From the NCBI GenBank assembly GCA_039988235.1, contig JBDXKB010000004.1:185643-249642 (forward strand): a stretch of 64,000 nt of DNA, written 5' to 3'. Both the position numbers and the translations under genes were made by a program. The stretch comes from Erythrobacter sp. (GTDB lineage Bacteria > Pseudomonadota > Alphaproteobacteria > Sphingomonadales > Sphingomonadaceae). The notes under the pieces are model-generated. The model worked only from the letters and a program-made list of their open reading frames with translations, ran no database searches and was not told the origin of the DNA. The first letter of the stretch is position 1, and each line of letters starts with the position of its first letter. Positions 47,963 to 56,968 of this stretch are shown piece by piece.

Positions 47963-50900
47963 TCAACGTTCGAGCAAATTGCGAGCCTGACTTGCGATTT
48001 GTGCAAGCATAACCGGGGCAACTGGGGTGTGGGTTTGGGCCCGGCTAATCATAGTGCGAAACTGCTTCACGCTGACCTGATTATACTCGGCCCAGTCACT
48101 CACTGCTGCGGCAGGATCGGCTTTGCCTTCCTTCCGGCGCAAGAGGCGGCGCAGGAATTCGAGCCGCATCTGTTGGAAATCACGGGCCAGCCCGCTGACC
48201 AATGGTCGTTCCCAAATATCCGATGGGTTCATCAAGGCTGCAACGCTTTGCGCCCAGTCCAGCCCCAGGGTTTCGCCCACATCAGTGAAGGCTTGGGTCA
48301 GCGCATGTGGATCCATACCAGTTTCGTTGGCCAACCGGGCCAGCCCTATGGCCCCGTCGATATCAAACATATGGCTGACTTTGTCGGCAAGCTTTGGCGG
48401 AGCGCCAGCTTCAACCAACTGTTCGCACAATTGTTTCGACTGCTCGCGCGCTTGATCCGCCAGCAATTTGTCGGACGCTTTTGACAGCAAACGCACGCCA
48501 GCGCCTAGATCGGCAACCAGAGCAGCGGTATCAATACGTCCGGCGGTGGTCCTGAGCATATCAGACATCAGATTAGCGACGGCTGCGGCCAAGCGGTCAA
48601 ACAATTGGAGCCGGGGCTGTTCGGACATTTTGGCGCGATCAATCTCTGACCACAGCGCCTCCAGATCGAACATAGTGTCGACAGCGACAAAGGCCGCCGC
48701 AATTGTTGCCAAATCGACGCCTTCTTCCTCGGCCAGTTCGAACGGGTGGATAATGCCCAAACGGTTGACGATCCGATTGGCCAGCTTGGTCGCGACGATT
48801 TCGCGGCGCAAGCGATGGCTGGCAATCTGTTGTTTGAACTTGCCCCGCATCGCCGAGGGAAAGCTGGAATAGAGCAGCGCCTCAAGGACCTTGGAATCGG
48901 CCAAGGGACTGCTCTCAATTGCATCCTGCAGCACCAGCTTGGCAGAGGATAGCAAGACGGCAAGCTCTGGCCGCGTCATCCCGGCACCGTCGGCGGCCCG
49001 GCGATTGAGCGACTGACTATCGGCAATGCCTTCGGTCCGCCGGTCAAGCGCGCCGCGCTCTTCAAGTGTCTCGATCAAATGCAATTGCGATGCCATTGCC
49101 CGCGGTCCGCCGGCTTCTGCAACCGACAGCGCCAATGCTTGCAACCGATTGTTTTCAAGGACAATCTCGGCAACTTCATCGGTCATGTCGGCGAGCAAAA
49201 TGTTGCGCTTCTTGACCGATAATTTGCCCGCCACGCGCGCCGCGGCGAGCGCGATCTTGATATTCACTTCATTGTCCGAACAATCGACGCCTGCCGAATT
49301 GTCGATGAAGTCGGTGTTGATACGTCCGCCGTTTAGCGAAAATTCGATGCGGCCCGCTTGGGTAACCCCCAGATTGGCACCTTCACCGATCACCTTGGCA
49401 CGGACATCTGCTGCATTGATCCGCAATGGATCATTCGCCGGATCGCCGACCGTTGCGTTATTCTCCGCCTCGCCCTTGATATAGGTGCCAATACCGCCGA
49501 ACCAGACGAGGTCGACGCTCGCACCAACAATGGCACTCATCAAAGCCTCTGGTTCCATTTCTTTGGCATCGATACCCAGCGCTTCCCGCGCTTGTTTGGA
49601 CAGCTTGATCTTCTTTGCATCGCGCGGGAAAACACCCCCGCCTTTGGAGATCAGCTTGGCAGAATAATCTTCCCAGCTCGACCTGGGCAGGTCGAACAAT
49701 CGCTTGCGTTCGGCCCAGCTTTTGGCCGGATCGGGATCAGGATCGATAAAAATGTGCCGGTGATCAAAGGCAGCCACCAGCTTGATCGCCTTGGACAACA
49801 ACATGCCATTGCCGAAGACGTCGCCTGACATATCGCCACAGCCGACCACGCGAACCGGGTCCTTCTGAACATCCACGCCCATCTCGAGGAAATGGCGCTG
49901 GACCGAGACCCACCCTCCGCGTGCGGTGATGCCCATGGCCTTGTGGTCATAGCCGTTGGAACCGCCACTGGCGAAAGCATCGTCTAGCCAAAAATCCGCT
50001 TTTTCGGCAATTGCATTGGCCACGTCGGAGAACCGCGCAGTGCCTTTGTCGGCGGCGACAACAAAATAGGGGTCCTCGCCATCACTGGCGACCACTGATT
50101 CTGGATGGACCACCTTACCATCCGCAATGTTGTCGGTGATCGACAGCAATGTCCGAATGAAGACTTCATAACTGGCTTGGCCTTCTGCGGCCCAACCTTC
50201 GCGGTCCTTGGCAGGCGAGGGAAGCTGCTTGGGATAGAAGCCGCCCTTTGCGCCAGTTGGCACGATCACGGCATTTTTGACCCGCTGAGCCTTCATCAAG
50301 CCCAATATCTCGGTTCGGAAGTCATCGCGCCGATCGGACCAGCGCAGGCCCCCGCGCGCAATCGGTCCAGCCCGCAGATGGATGCCCTCTACTCTGCGCG
50401 AATAGACGAAGATTTCGCGCCATGGGATCGGCTTGGGCAGATTGGGGACCAGCTGGGAATCGATCTTGAACGCAAGCGCTTCGCTGGCCGCCGGGGCAAA
50501 GGCATTGGTCCGCAAGATCGCCTCGATCAATGCCTGATAAAGGCGCAGCAAACGGTCGTCATTGATTGCGCTGACTTTGGCCAAGCCGCGCTTGATCGCA
50601 TCCTTGGCTGCCTTTGCCTCATCGGCCCGGTTGCCGCTGAATTTTGGATCATGATGGGTAGCGAACAAAGTGAGCATGGCACGGGTCACATCGCCCGCTG
50701 CACTCAAGGCGTCGACCACAGTGTAGATTGTAAAGCCCATACCCGCTTGGCGCAGATAGCGATAAAAGGCGCGCAGCCAATCGGCCTCGCGCGCGGTCAA
50801 TTCGGCCTCGGCCACCAATCTGTTAAACGGGTCGTTTTCCGCAGCACCGTTGAGCACTTGTGCGATTGCCCGTTCGATCGACTCCGAGCGTTCAAGCAGG

Positions 50901-52678
50901 CTTGCGACTTGCCCGCCACCGACCAGATCAAGGGTAAATTCGTGTATCGTATCGAGGGCGTTGCCACCCAGGATAGTCGGGATTTCCTTTATCACGCTGA
51001 AGCCAAAATTCTCTAGAACAGGCACCGCATCGGACAGCAGCAAATCGCCCTTTTGCTGATAGATTTTGAGGCGTAGCCGGTGCGGTGGGTCCTTGGCCAA
51101 ACTGTATGTTCTTACGTCGCGCAATGCCCCTTCTTCGGCGGATAGAGAGCGTATCCGTGCAATATCAATAGCAGCCTCTGCAGCGCCATAGCGGGCACGA
51201 TATTCTGGCGGGAACGCGCTGGCATATTGGGTTGCCATGGCTGCTGCTTGGCCATTGGTGTGCGTCTGCGCCAATTGGCGCTCAACCGCATCACTCCAAC
51301 CGCGCAGCATGTCTTGCAACATGGCCTCTAGCTCGGCTTCGGATGGGAAAGAGCTGACCTGGCGGATATCCAGTACAAAACGCAGCAAGGCCAAATTGCC
51401 GCCTTCGACTTGCAGGCTCCAGTCGAGCAGATCCGCACCACAGGCGTCTGTCATCAGATCTTGAATTTGGGTCCGCGTCTGCGTCGATAACAGGTCTCTG
51501 GGTAGCCAGACAAAGCCGAACAAATGGCGCGCCAATGGGGCTTCGACCAACGCCAATCGCGGCCTAGGGCGATCAACCAGACCCATCATAATGGTTGCGA
51601 CACGGGCAATATCTGGCGTGTTGAAGCCGATCAGCAGATCGTGGGGCAAGACCGTGAGCGCATGAACCAGCGCTTTGCCTGCATGACCGGATCGATCAAA
51701 TCCGAAGGTCTCTGCCAATCCGTCTAAGGCTTTGCGTAGGCGCGGGACATTGTTCGGCGGGCTGGCGAGGGCTGCGCTGGTCCACACGCCCGCATGCACG
51801 GACAATGCGGTCACTTTGCCCTTGGTGCGAATGGGAACGATGAACAGATCCAGCGGCACACGTCGGTGGACATTGGCCATCCGGTTGGCCTTCACCACCA
51901 GCAGATCTTTATCCGCTCCATCAGCATCGGGCTGCTCGAAATAGGCGAATGCGCGATCATAGGATGCATCGGCCAGCAATTGGCGCGAACTTCTGCAGCA
52001 GATACCATGCAAATTGGCATGGCTGCCATCGCGTTTGCGGGTCAGATGGCCAAGCTGGGTCAGCATGCCGTCGTTGAACCAATGCAGCAAAGCGGCATCT
52101 TCTGGATTGGTCATGCGTTCCGCATCTTCGCGCATTGCCGCTTGCGCTTTGGGCCAGTCATTCACTGCTGCGCGGACATCGCCCAAGGTGACGCGCAGCT
52201 TCTCTTCCAATTCGCGCAAACTCGCCTCATCAGCGCGCTCGGTTTCGATATAGATCATCGATTCGCGCGCATCTGCGTGGTTTTGTCTGTCACCCAGATG
52301 GGTCAGCATACCCTTAGCATTGCGGCGTACAGGGACGATCGGGTGAACCAGCCGGCGTATCTCCAACCCTTGTTCGGCCACCGTTGCGGCAATCGAATCA
52401 ACCAAGAAGGGCATATCGTCATTGACGATAGCGATACGTTGAGATCGGCGCTTTTCGTCACCGATTTCAAGAATGAGTGAAGATCGTGCTGGCTCTCTGA
52501 CAGCGGCCGCTTGCAGGACAAATTTGGCAGCGCCGATCAATTCCGCTTTCTTGAATGGCGTATCGCCGGGCAATATCGCGCTGTGCATCTGGGCCGCGAG
52601 CAACTCGTCTCGGCTGGGCCCCTTGTTGGACTTGGCGGCAGTGGCTCCAGATTTAGAAGCCCCGGATCGAGAATTCAT
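47963..52678 (-). CDS. gdhB: Large NAD-specific glutamate dehydrogenase
   Basis: 1571 aa; EGIHLR..ARGGLRWSDR..DFRTE, VVAADKGTA, GDMSGDVFGNGML, NSAGVDCSDNEVNIKI. Confidence 0.96.
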   Translation of the reverse strand: MNSRSGASKSGATAAKSNKGPSRDELLAAQMHSAILPGDTPFKKAELIGAAKFVLQAAAVREPARSSLILEIGDEKRRSQRIAIVNDDMPFLVDSIAATVAEQGLEIRRLVHPIVPVRRNAKGMLTHLGDRQNHADARESMIYIETERADEASLRELEEKLRVTLGDVRAAVNDWPKAQAAMREDAERMTNPEDAALLHWFNDGMLTQLGHLTRKRDGSHANLHGICCRSSRQLLADASYDRAFAYFEQPDADGADKDLLVVKANRMANVHRRVPLDLFIVPIRTKGKVTALSVHAGVWTSAALASPPNNVPRLRKALDGLAETFGFDRSGHAGKALVHALTVLPHDLLIGFNTPDIARVATIMMGLVDRPRPRLALVEAPLARHLFGFVWLPRDLLSTQTRTQIQDLMTDACGADLLDWSLQVEGGNLALLRFVLDIRQVSSFPSEAELEAMLQDMLRGWSDAVERQLAQTHTNGQAAAMATQYASAFPPEYRARYGAAEAAIDIARIRSLSAEEGALRDVRTYSLAKDPPHRLRLKIYQQKGDLLLSDAVPVLENFGFSVIKEIPTILGGNALDTIHEFTLDLVGGGQVASLLERSESIERAIAQVLNGAAENDPFNRLVAEAELTAREADWLRAFYRYLRQAGMGFTIYTVVDALSAAGDVTRAMLTLFATHHDPKFSGNRADEAKAAKDAIKRGLAKVSAINDDRLLRLYQALIEAILRTNAFAPAASEALAFKIDSQLVPNLPKPIPWREIFVYSRRVEGIHLRAGPIARGGLRWSDRRDDFRTEILGLMKAQRVKNAVIVPTGAKGGFYPKQLPSPAKDREGWAAEGQASYEVFIRTLLSITDNIADGKVVHPESVVASDGEDPYFVVAADKGTARFSDVANAIAEKADFWLDDAFASGGSNGYDHKAMGITARGGWVSVQRHFLEMGVDVQKDPVRVVGCGDMSGDVFGNGMLLSKAIKLVAAFDHRHIFIDPDPDPAKSWAERKRLFDLPRSSWEDYSAKLISKGGGVFPRDAKKIKLSKQAREALGIDAKEMEPEALMSAIVGASVDLVWFGGIGTYIKGEAENNATVGDPANDPLRINAADVRAKVIGEGANLGVTQAGRIEFSLNGGRINTDFIDNSAGVDCSDNEVNIKIALAAARVAGKLSVKKRNILLADMTDEVAEIVLENNRLQALALSVAEAGGPRAMASQLHLIETLEERGALDRRTEGIADSQSLNRRAADGAGMTRPELAVLLSSAKLVLQDAIESSPLADSKVLEALLYSSFPSAMRGKFKQQIASHRLRREIVATKLANRIVNRLGIIHPFELAEEEGVDLATIAAAFVAVDTMFDLEALWSEIDRAKMSEQPRLQLFDRLAAAVANLMSDMLRTTAGRIDTAALVADLGAGVRLLSKASDKLLADQAREQSKQLCEQLVEAGAPPKLADKVSHMFDIDGAIGLARLANETGMDPHALTQAFTDVGETLGLDWAQSVAALMNPSDIWERPLVSGLARDFQQMRLEFLRRLLRRKEGKADPAAAVSDWAEYNQVSVKQFRTMISRAQTHTPVAPVMLAQIASQARNLLER

Positions 52679-52839
52679 AGTCCTGCTCCAAACACGGCGG
52701 CAATATAATTATGTCCCGCCGCAGCAATAATGCGCGATACGCCCGCTTTGCGCTTCGGGCAAGCGGACAATTGCCCAATTCTTGAGCCACAATCCAGCCA
52801 ACTCTCGCCCGCAATTATGCCAAATGGTCTATATCATAA

Positions 52840-52922
52840 ATGCGGAGGCTGCTTTCCCGTTTTCCCTTCTGGGCCCGGCAGTCTCCGCATAAGCCCCCTG
52901 CCTCAACAGCGGGTTGAGCTTT
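52840..52922 (+). ncRNA. Candidate small RNA (13-bp stem, UUCCC-rich loop, terminator-like hairpin)
   Basis: ATGCGGAGGCTGC/GCAGTCTCCGCAT stem pairs as G:U only on the plus strand. It is followed by CTCAAC-AGCGG-GTTGAG-CTTT. There is no expression evidence. Confidence 0.35.
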
Positions 52923-52929
52923 GATGTGG

Positions 52930-53913
52930 TCAGCCGGCCAGTGCTTGTGCGGTAAGTTCTAGCGAACGGATTCTGACCTGCGGATCATATGTGGCACCAG
53001 CGGCGATGATTTCATCCGCCCCTGTGCGCTCGGCAAAGGCCTCAATAGTCTCCCGAACCATTTCTGGTGTGCCAACCGCGGCGGCTTGACCGACATGGTC
53101 CAGCATGGCGCGCGCGGGCGCAGGCAGAGTGGCAAGGTAATCCGGGATGGGCGGCTGCAATTTGCCCGGCTCGCCAGTGCGCAGGCGGACAAAGCTTTGT
53201 TGCTGACTGGACGCGGCCAGAACGGCGTCTTCCTCCTTCTCAGCAGCAAACACATTCATCGCAACCATGACATGCGGTTTGTCGAGCCATCTCGACGGCT
53301 CAAAATCGCGGCGGTACAGCGCCAGCGCCGCGTCGAGATGGGTCGGCGCAAAATGGGCCGCAAAAGCGTAGGGCATGCCCAGCTTGGCGGCCAATTGCGC
53401 GCCGAACAGGCTGGAGCCAAGCATCCAAAACTCGACATCGGCACCAAATCCCGGCGTCGCTTTCAAGGGCAGATCAACGTCGCCGGTCATCAGCGCGCGC
53501 AGCTCCATCACATCATTGGGGAACATTTCAGCCGCTTGCTGCAAATTCTTGCGGAAGGCGGCCTGAATGCGCCCGTCGGCCCCTGGCGCTCTGCCCAGCC
53601 CGCAATCGATCCGGCCGGGGAACAATGCGTCGAGCGTGCCAAACTGCTCGGCGATTACAAAGGGGTTGTGATTGGGCAGCATGATGCCGCCCGAACCGAT
53701 GCGAATGGTGGATGTGGCATTGCCAATATGGGCGAGCACGACCGACGTCGCTCCGCCAGCAATGCCCTCCATCGCGTGATGTTCGGCCACCCAGAACCGC
53801 TTATAGCCAGCGTTTTCTGCTGCCTGCGCCAATGCGACTGCATCCGAATACGCTTGTGACACAGTGCCGCCTTCGCGCACTGGCACCAGATCCAAAACCG
53901 ATAGAGCTACCAT
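52930..53913 (-). CDS. LLM class flavin-dependent oxidoreductase (luciferase-like monooxygenase)
   Basis: LSVLDLVP, FWVAEHH, RIGSGGIMLPNH, EQFGTL..GRIDCGLGRAPG. Confidence 0.95.
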   Translation of the reverse strand: MVALSVLDLVPVREGGTVSQAYSDAVALAQAAENAGYKRFWVAEHHAMEGIAGGATSVVLAHIGNATSTIRIGSGGIMLPNHNPFVIAEQFGTLDALFPGRIDCGLGRAPGADGRIQAAFRKNLQQAAEMFPNDVMELRALMTGDVDLPLKATPGFGADVEFWMLGSSLFGAQLAAKLGMPYAFAAHFAPTHLDAALALYRRDFEPSRWLDKPHVMVAMNVFAAEKEEDAVLAASSQQQSFVRLRTGEPGKLQPPIPDYLATLPAPARAMLDHVGQAAAVGTPEMVRETIEAFAERTGADEIIAAGATYDPQVRIRSLELTAQALAG

Positions 53914-53915
53914 TT

Positions 53916-54770
53916 CTATTGTCCTGCGGGACCCAGTTGATCCAGATAGTCACGCGCAGTGGTGGCTGCGGGATGATCGGGGTTGGTTGCGACCACCAAT
54001 TCCCAGCTCGACCGGGCGGTGTTGTCCCGTCCATCCAGCACGGCGATGACACCCGCCTCAAGACCAATTTCGGGGTCTGTCGGGGCAAGTTTCAGCGCTT
54101 GCTCAATTTGCATTTGCGCCGCGCTCAATTGCCCTTGGCGGCGAAAAAAAGTGGCCGATAGCAGCCGCGTTTCCGGATCATTGGGGCGCAAGTTTAACGC
54201 CTCTACCAACAATGGCCCTGCTTCCTCCAAGCGATCCAGCCCGACCAAAACGCGAGCCTGATCCAGCGCCACCAAAGCGGCCAGATCGCCCGAATTGCTG
54301 GCCAGTGCATCGGCCCGCGATGCGTCGAACAGCGTCAAAGCAGTTGCACTGTCTTTGCGCGCTAGCGCAGCATTGCCCGCCATCGCTCCCATGCGGGCGC
54401 GCAGCGGCAATTCCTCTGCCGGCACCTCGTTCCGTGCAGCGATGAACGCAGCTTGCGCTTGGTCCCACAGTTCCATCTTAGTCGCAGCAAGGCCCAGACA
54501 ATGGTTCGCCAATACGCGCTCGGTCCCACTGGTTGAATCGCGCTTGATCTGGGCCAGGGAGTTGGCCCGCGCTGGATCGGTATCGACCAGCTCAAAGCAT
54601 TCGTTCAACCAGACAGACTGGGGCAGGGGAGCAGCGGCGACCTCGCCAACGACTTCAGCAGCTTGGCGAGGCGGCCTGTCGCGCACCATATCGTGCGGAT
54701 CACCAACAGGGCCCGCCTGTCCGCTGGGGCCAACTTGCAACATCATAAATAGGGCAATGCTAATCGACAT
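53916..54770 (-). CDS. Tetratricopeptide repeat protein
   Basis: Ala/Leu-rich helical repeats (ALNLRPND, ALKLAPTDPEI) and an N-terminal signal-like segment. Confidence 0.8.
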   Translation of the reverse strand: MSISIALFMMLQVGPSGQAGPVGDPHDMVRDRPPRQAAEVVGEVAAAPLPQSVWLNECFELVDTDPARANSLAQIKRDSTSGTERVLANHCLGLAATKMELWDQAQAAFIAARNEVPAEELPLRARMGAMAGNAALARKDSATALTLFDASRADALASNSGDLAALVALDQARVLVGLDRLEEAGPLLVEALNLRPNDPETRLLSATFFRRQGQLSAAQMQIEQALKLAPTDPEIGLEAGVIAVLDGRDNTARSSWELVVATNPDHPAATTARDYLDQLGPAGQ

Positions 54771-55547
54771 CTATGTTTGAGCCTCTTGTGTTTCGAGCAT
54801 GCTCCAGATTGTTCGCAGCAAAAGCTCTATATCTTGATCGCGTGACAAGCGATGATCGCCGTCCTTGACCAGTGTTACCTGTACATCATCGGAACGCAAT
54901 TGCTTCGCGAGTGCCATGGCAATCTCCCACGGCACATCGGCATCCTGTTGGCCGTGCAACAAACGCACCGGTGCATCGAGCGGAATTGGTTCGTGCAGCA
55001 TCAAATGGGTTTGGGCATCGGCCCAAAACTTTGCATAGGTGGGTGTCGGTTCGGGGCCATAGGGATTGTCCTCTAGAACCGTCTCGCCCCGTTCCAGCCT
55101 GACCTTTTGTTCGTCAGTAAAGCCCCAGGTGGAAAAATCTGGCGCAGCTGCAATGCCGACGATCCCGGCCAATCGGTCTTCCAAAGCCTGCGCCACCAAC
55201 AGCATCAGCCAGCCGCCCATCGACGATCCGATGACAATCACTGGTCCGTTCTTTGGCCCGCCCAGCTCTGCATCAACCAGCGCAAGCACTTCATCCCGCC
55301 ATTGGCTTAGGCTGCCATCGGCAAAGTCTCCCTCGCTCGAGCCGCAACCTGAATAATCAAGCAAAAGACAGCCATGACCGGTTTCGACCGCGCGTTCAAA
55401 CACCGTGGTCGCCTTGCCGCCATCCATGTCCGACATATAGCCGGGCAGGAACACCAACGTCGGGCCAAAATTAGGACCAGCGCCGGGATGATGGCGAAAG
55501 GCGATCTGCCGCCCGTCGGGCATCGCGTGATAGGAAATATCGGTCAC
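54771..55547 (-). CDS. Alpha/beta hydrolase (ABHD10-like)
   Basis: FLPGYMSDM.G.KA, DYSGCGSS, GSSMGG, HGQQD, DGDHRLS. GTG start inferred. Confidence 0.88.
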   Translation of the reverse strand: MTDISYHAMPDGRQIAFRHHPGAGPNFGPTLVFLPGYMSDMDGGKATTVFERAVETGHGCLLLDYSGCGSSEGDFADGSLSQWRDEVLALVDAELGGPKNGPVIVIGSSMGGWLMLLVAQALEDRLAGIVGIAAAPDFSTWGFTDEQKVRLERGETVLEDNPYGPEPTPTYAKFWADAQTHLMLHEPIPLDAPVRLLHGQQDADVPWEIAMALAKQLRSDDVQVTLVKDGDHRLSRDQDIELLLRTIWSMLETQEAQT

Positions 55548-55607
55548 GATTGCGTCATGCCCAAGCAGGTGGGGCAATGGCAAGGGGTGTCTGCACAAGG
55601 GTTGTGT

Positions 55608-55799
55608 TCAGTCGTTGCTGAAGATTTCTTCTATGGCGAGGTCAAACACATCAGCGATTTTGAATGCCAATGGCAGCGATGGGTCATAGCGCCCCTTCTC
55701 AATCGCATTGACACTTTGCCGGCTGACTTCGAGCCGGTTCGCCAGATCCTGCTGACTCCAATCACGTTCTGCACGTAAGACTTTGAGGCGATTTTTCAT
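55608..55799 (-). CDS. XRE family helix-turn-helix regulator (COG1476-like)
   Basis: MKNRLKVLRAERDWSQQDLA..VSRQSVNAIEKGRYDPSLPLAFKIA..F. Confidence 0.93.
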   Translation of the reverse strand: MKNRLKVLRAERDWSQQDLANRLEVSRQSVNAIEKGRYDPSLPLAFKIADVFDLAIEEIFSND

Positions 55800-56401
55800 A
55801 AAGACTCACCGAAAGAGCCAAGCTGCACCTTGTTTACTATTGCCCCGATGCCAAGGCCAAAGAACCAGACAACCGGCCACCAGTATGAGTCGATGTGTTG
55901 CACCAGCTCAAAGTTTTCAAGAAAGCCCCATATTGCAGCGAGTGAAAGCGCAATTGCTGTTGCAATCAATGCTTGTCGAACAATCAGCAACCGTTGAAAT
56001 TCATCTTTTTGCTCGATGATAAGACTGCCGATGGCCCAGAAATATCCAGATACTGCGACACCAGGGATGATCGCCAAAGCGATCGCAATCAGCGTAATTT
56101 CCTCGCCTTTTTCGATCAACTCAGATGCCAGAAACAGTGACCCAAGATAGGCCAAGCTGACCATAACCATCCGCATCAAATAGCGCCTCGTAGGTTCGCC
56201 CAGTGACCCTTGCTGCTTTGCGTTTGACATTGCGTTGCGAACCATTGGAATCAGCAAGACTAAGGGGGTCAACATCAGAACGCTGGCCAGCATCTTGCTT
56301 TTGACATCCAGCACATCAACCGCGACACCCATCGCGACCATACTTGCCAAGAAAACGACAAGCCAAGGCCACACACGCCTGGTCGAATTGGTTTTGGTCA
56401 T
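55796..56401 (-). CDS. Integral membrane protein of unknown function (201 aa)
   Basis: About six hydrophobic segments and a DEFQR motif. ATGA overlaps at both ends. Confidence 0.82.
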   Translation of the reverse strand: MTKTNSTRRVWPWLVVFLASMVAMGVAVDVLDVKSKMLASVLMLTPLVLLIPMVRNAMSNAKQQGSLGEPTRRYLMRMVMVSLAYLGSLFLASELIEKGEEITLIAIALAIIPGVAVSGYFWAIGSLIIEQKDEFQRLLIVRQALIATAIALSLAAIWGFLENFELVQHIDSYWWPVVWFFGLGIGAIVNKVQLGSFGESL

Positions 56402-56574
56402 TGGTGAAGGCCTTTCGAGAGTGCTTCACTGCGCCCAACGTGGAACACAGCCAACATGGCCACGCCGCAAATGAAGGCGGATGCCAATTTTTGGCCGATG
56501 CCAAGGGCATTGGCCAGTAAGCCAAATGCGATAAGTATGGTGGCCCAAAACAGACCCAATTGAACATTGTTCAT
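56398..56574 (-). CDS. Small membrane protein, 58 aa (below the ORF-track cutoff)
   Basis: Read by hand: MNNVQLGLFWATILIAFGLLANALGIGQKLASAFICGVAMLAVFHVGRSEALSKGLHQ. AAAGGGAA RBS; its stop overlaps the next ATG (ATGA). Confidence 0.75.
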   Translation of the reverse strand: MNNVQLGLFWATILIAFGLLANALGIGQKLASAFICGVAMLAVFHVGRSEALSKGLHQ

Positions 56575-56596
56575 CAGTTAAGTTCCCTTTCAACTA

Positions 56597-56646
56597 TGGA
56601 AAGGTTACTTGTCATCGATTCGTCTAAAAGTCAAGCAAACCTTCCA
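56597..56646. promoter_or_regulatory. Pair of inverted operator sites for the XRE operon
   Basis: TGGAAAGGTTACTTGTC (56597-56613) and GTCAAGCAAACCTTCCA (56630-56646) are 13/17 complementary. The second overlaps a minus-strand TTGACT. Confidence 0.6.
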
Positions 56647-56740
56647 AAAAGACTGGCTTCCTTGTCATTTCAATGATTGTTGAGCCTGTCAGTCAGTCAA
56701 GGTAATGACATCGCAACCTTCCCTCCCTATATCACTGCGC

Positions 56741-56812
56741 ATGGCACAGATGCTGACCAACGCGACCACCGCCACCACCTCGGTTTTCCGGGGGCGGTTG
56801 GTCACGCATTAG
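56741..56812 (+). CDS. Thr-rich leader peptide of thrS (23 aa)
   Basis: MAQMLTNATTATTSVFRGRLVTH: 5 of codons 6-13 are ACC (Thr). It sits directly upstream of thrS and just after a CTATAT -10-like element. Confidence 0.78.
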   Translation: MAQMLTNATTATTSVFRGRLVTH

Positions 56813-56866
56813 TCGCGAGACCCAGCCACCCCCGCCCGGTTTTGGGCCGGTTTCGGGTGGCTCTGG
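56762..56866 (+). promoter_or_regulatory. Attenuator-like alternative hairpins in the thrS leader
   Basis: Segment 56792-56803 can pair with the Thr codons or with CCGCCC at 56832-56837. A competing stem AGCCACCC (56824-31) / GGGTGGCT (56855-62) follows. Confidence 0.6.
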
Positions 56867-56968
56867 TGTCAGCCTCATCCGAAAAAGTGCAGAAGACATG
56901 ACACCGCCCTTCCGGCGCGGACCTGCTTGTGGCAGGGCGTCGGGCAAACAGACGGTATGAGACACGCA

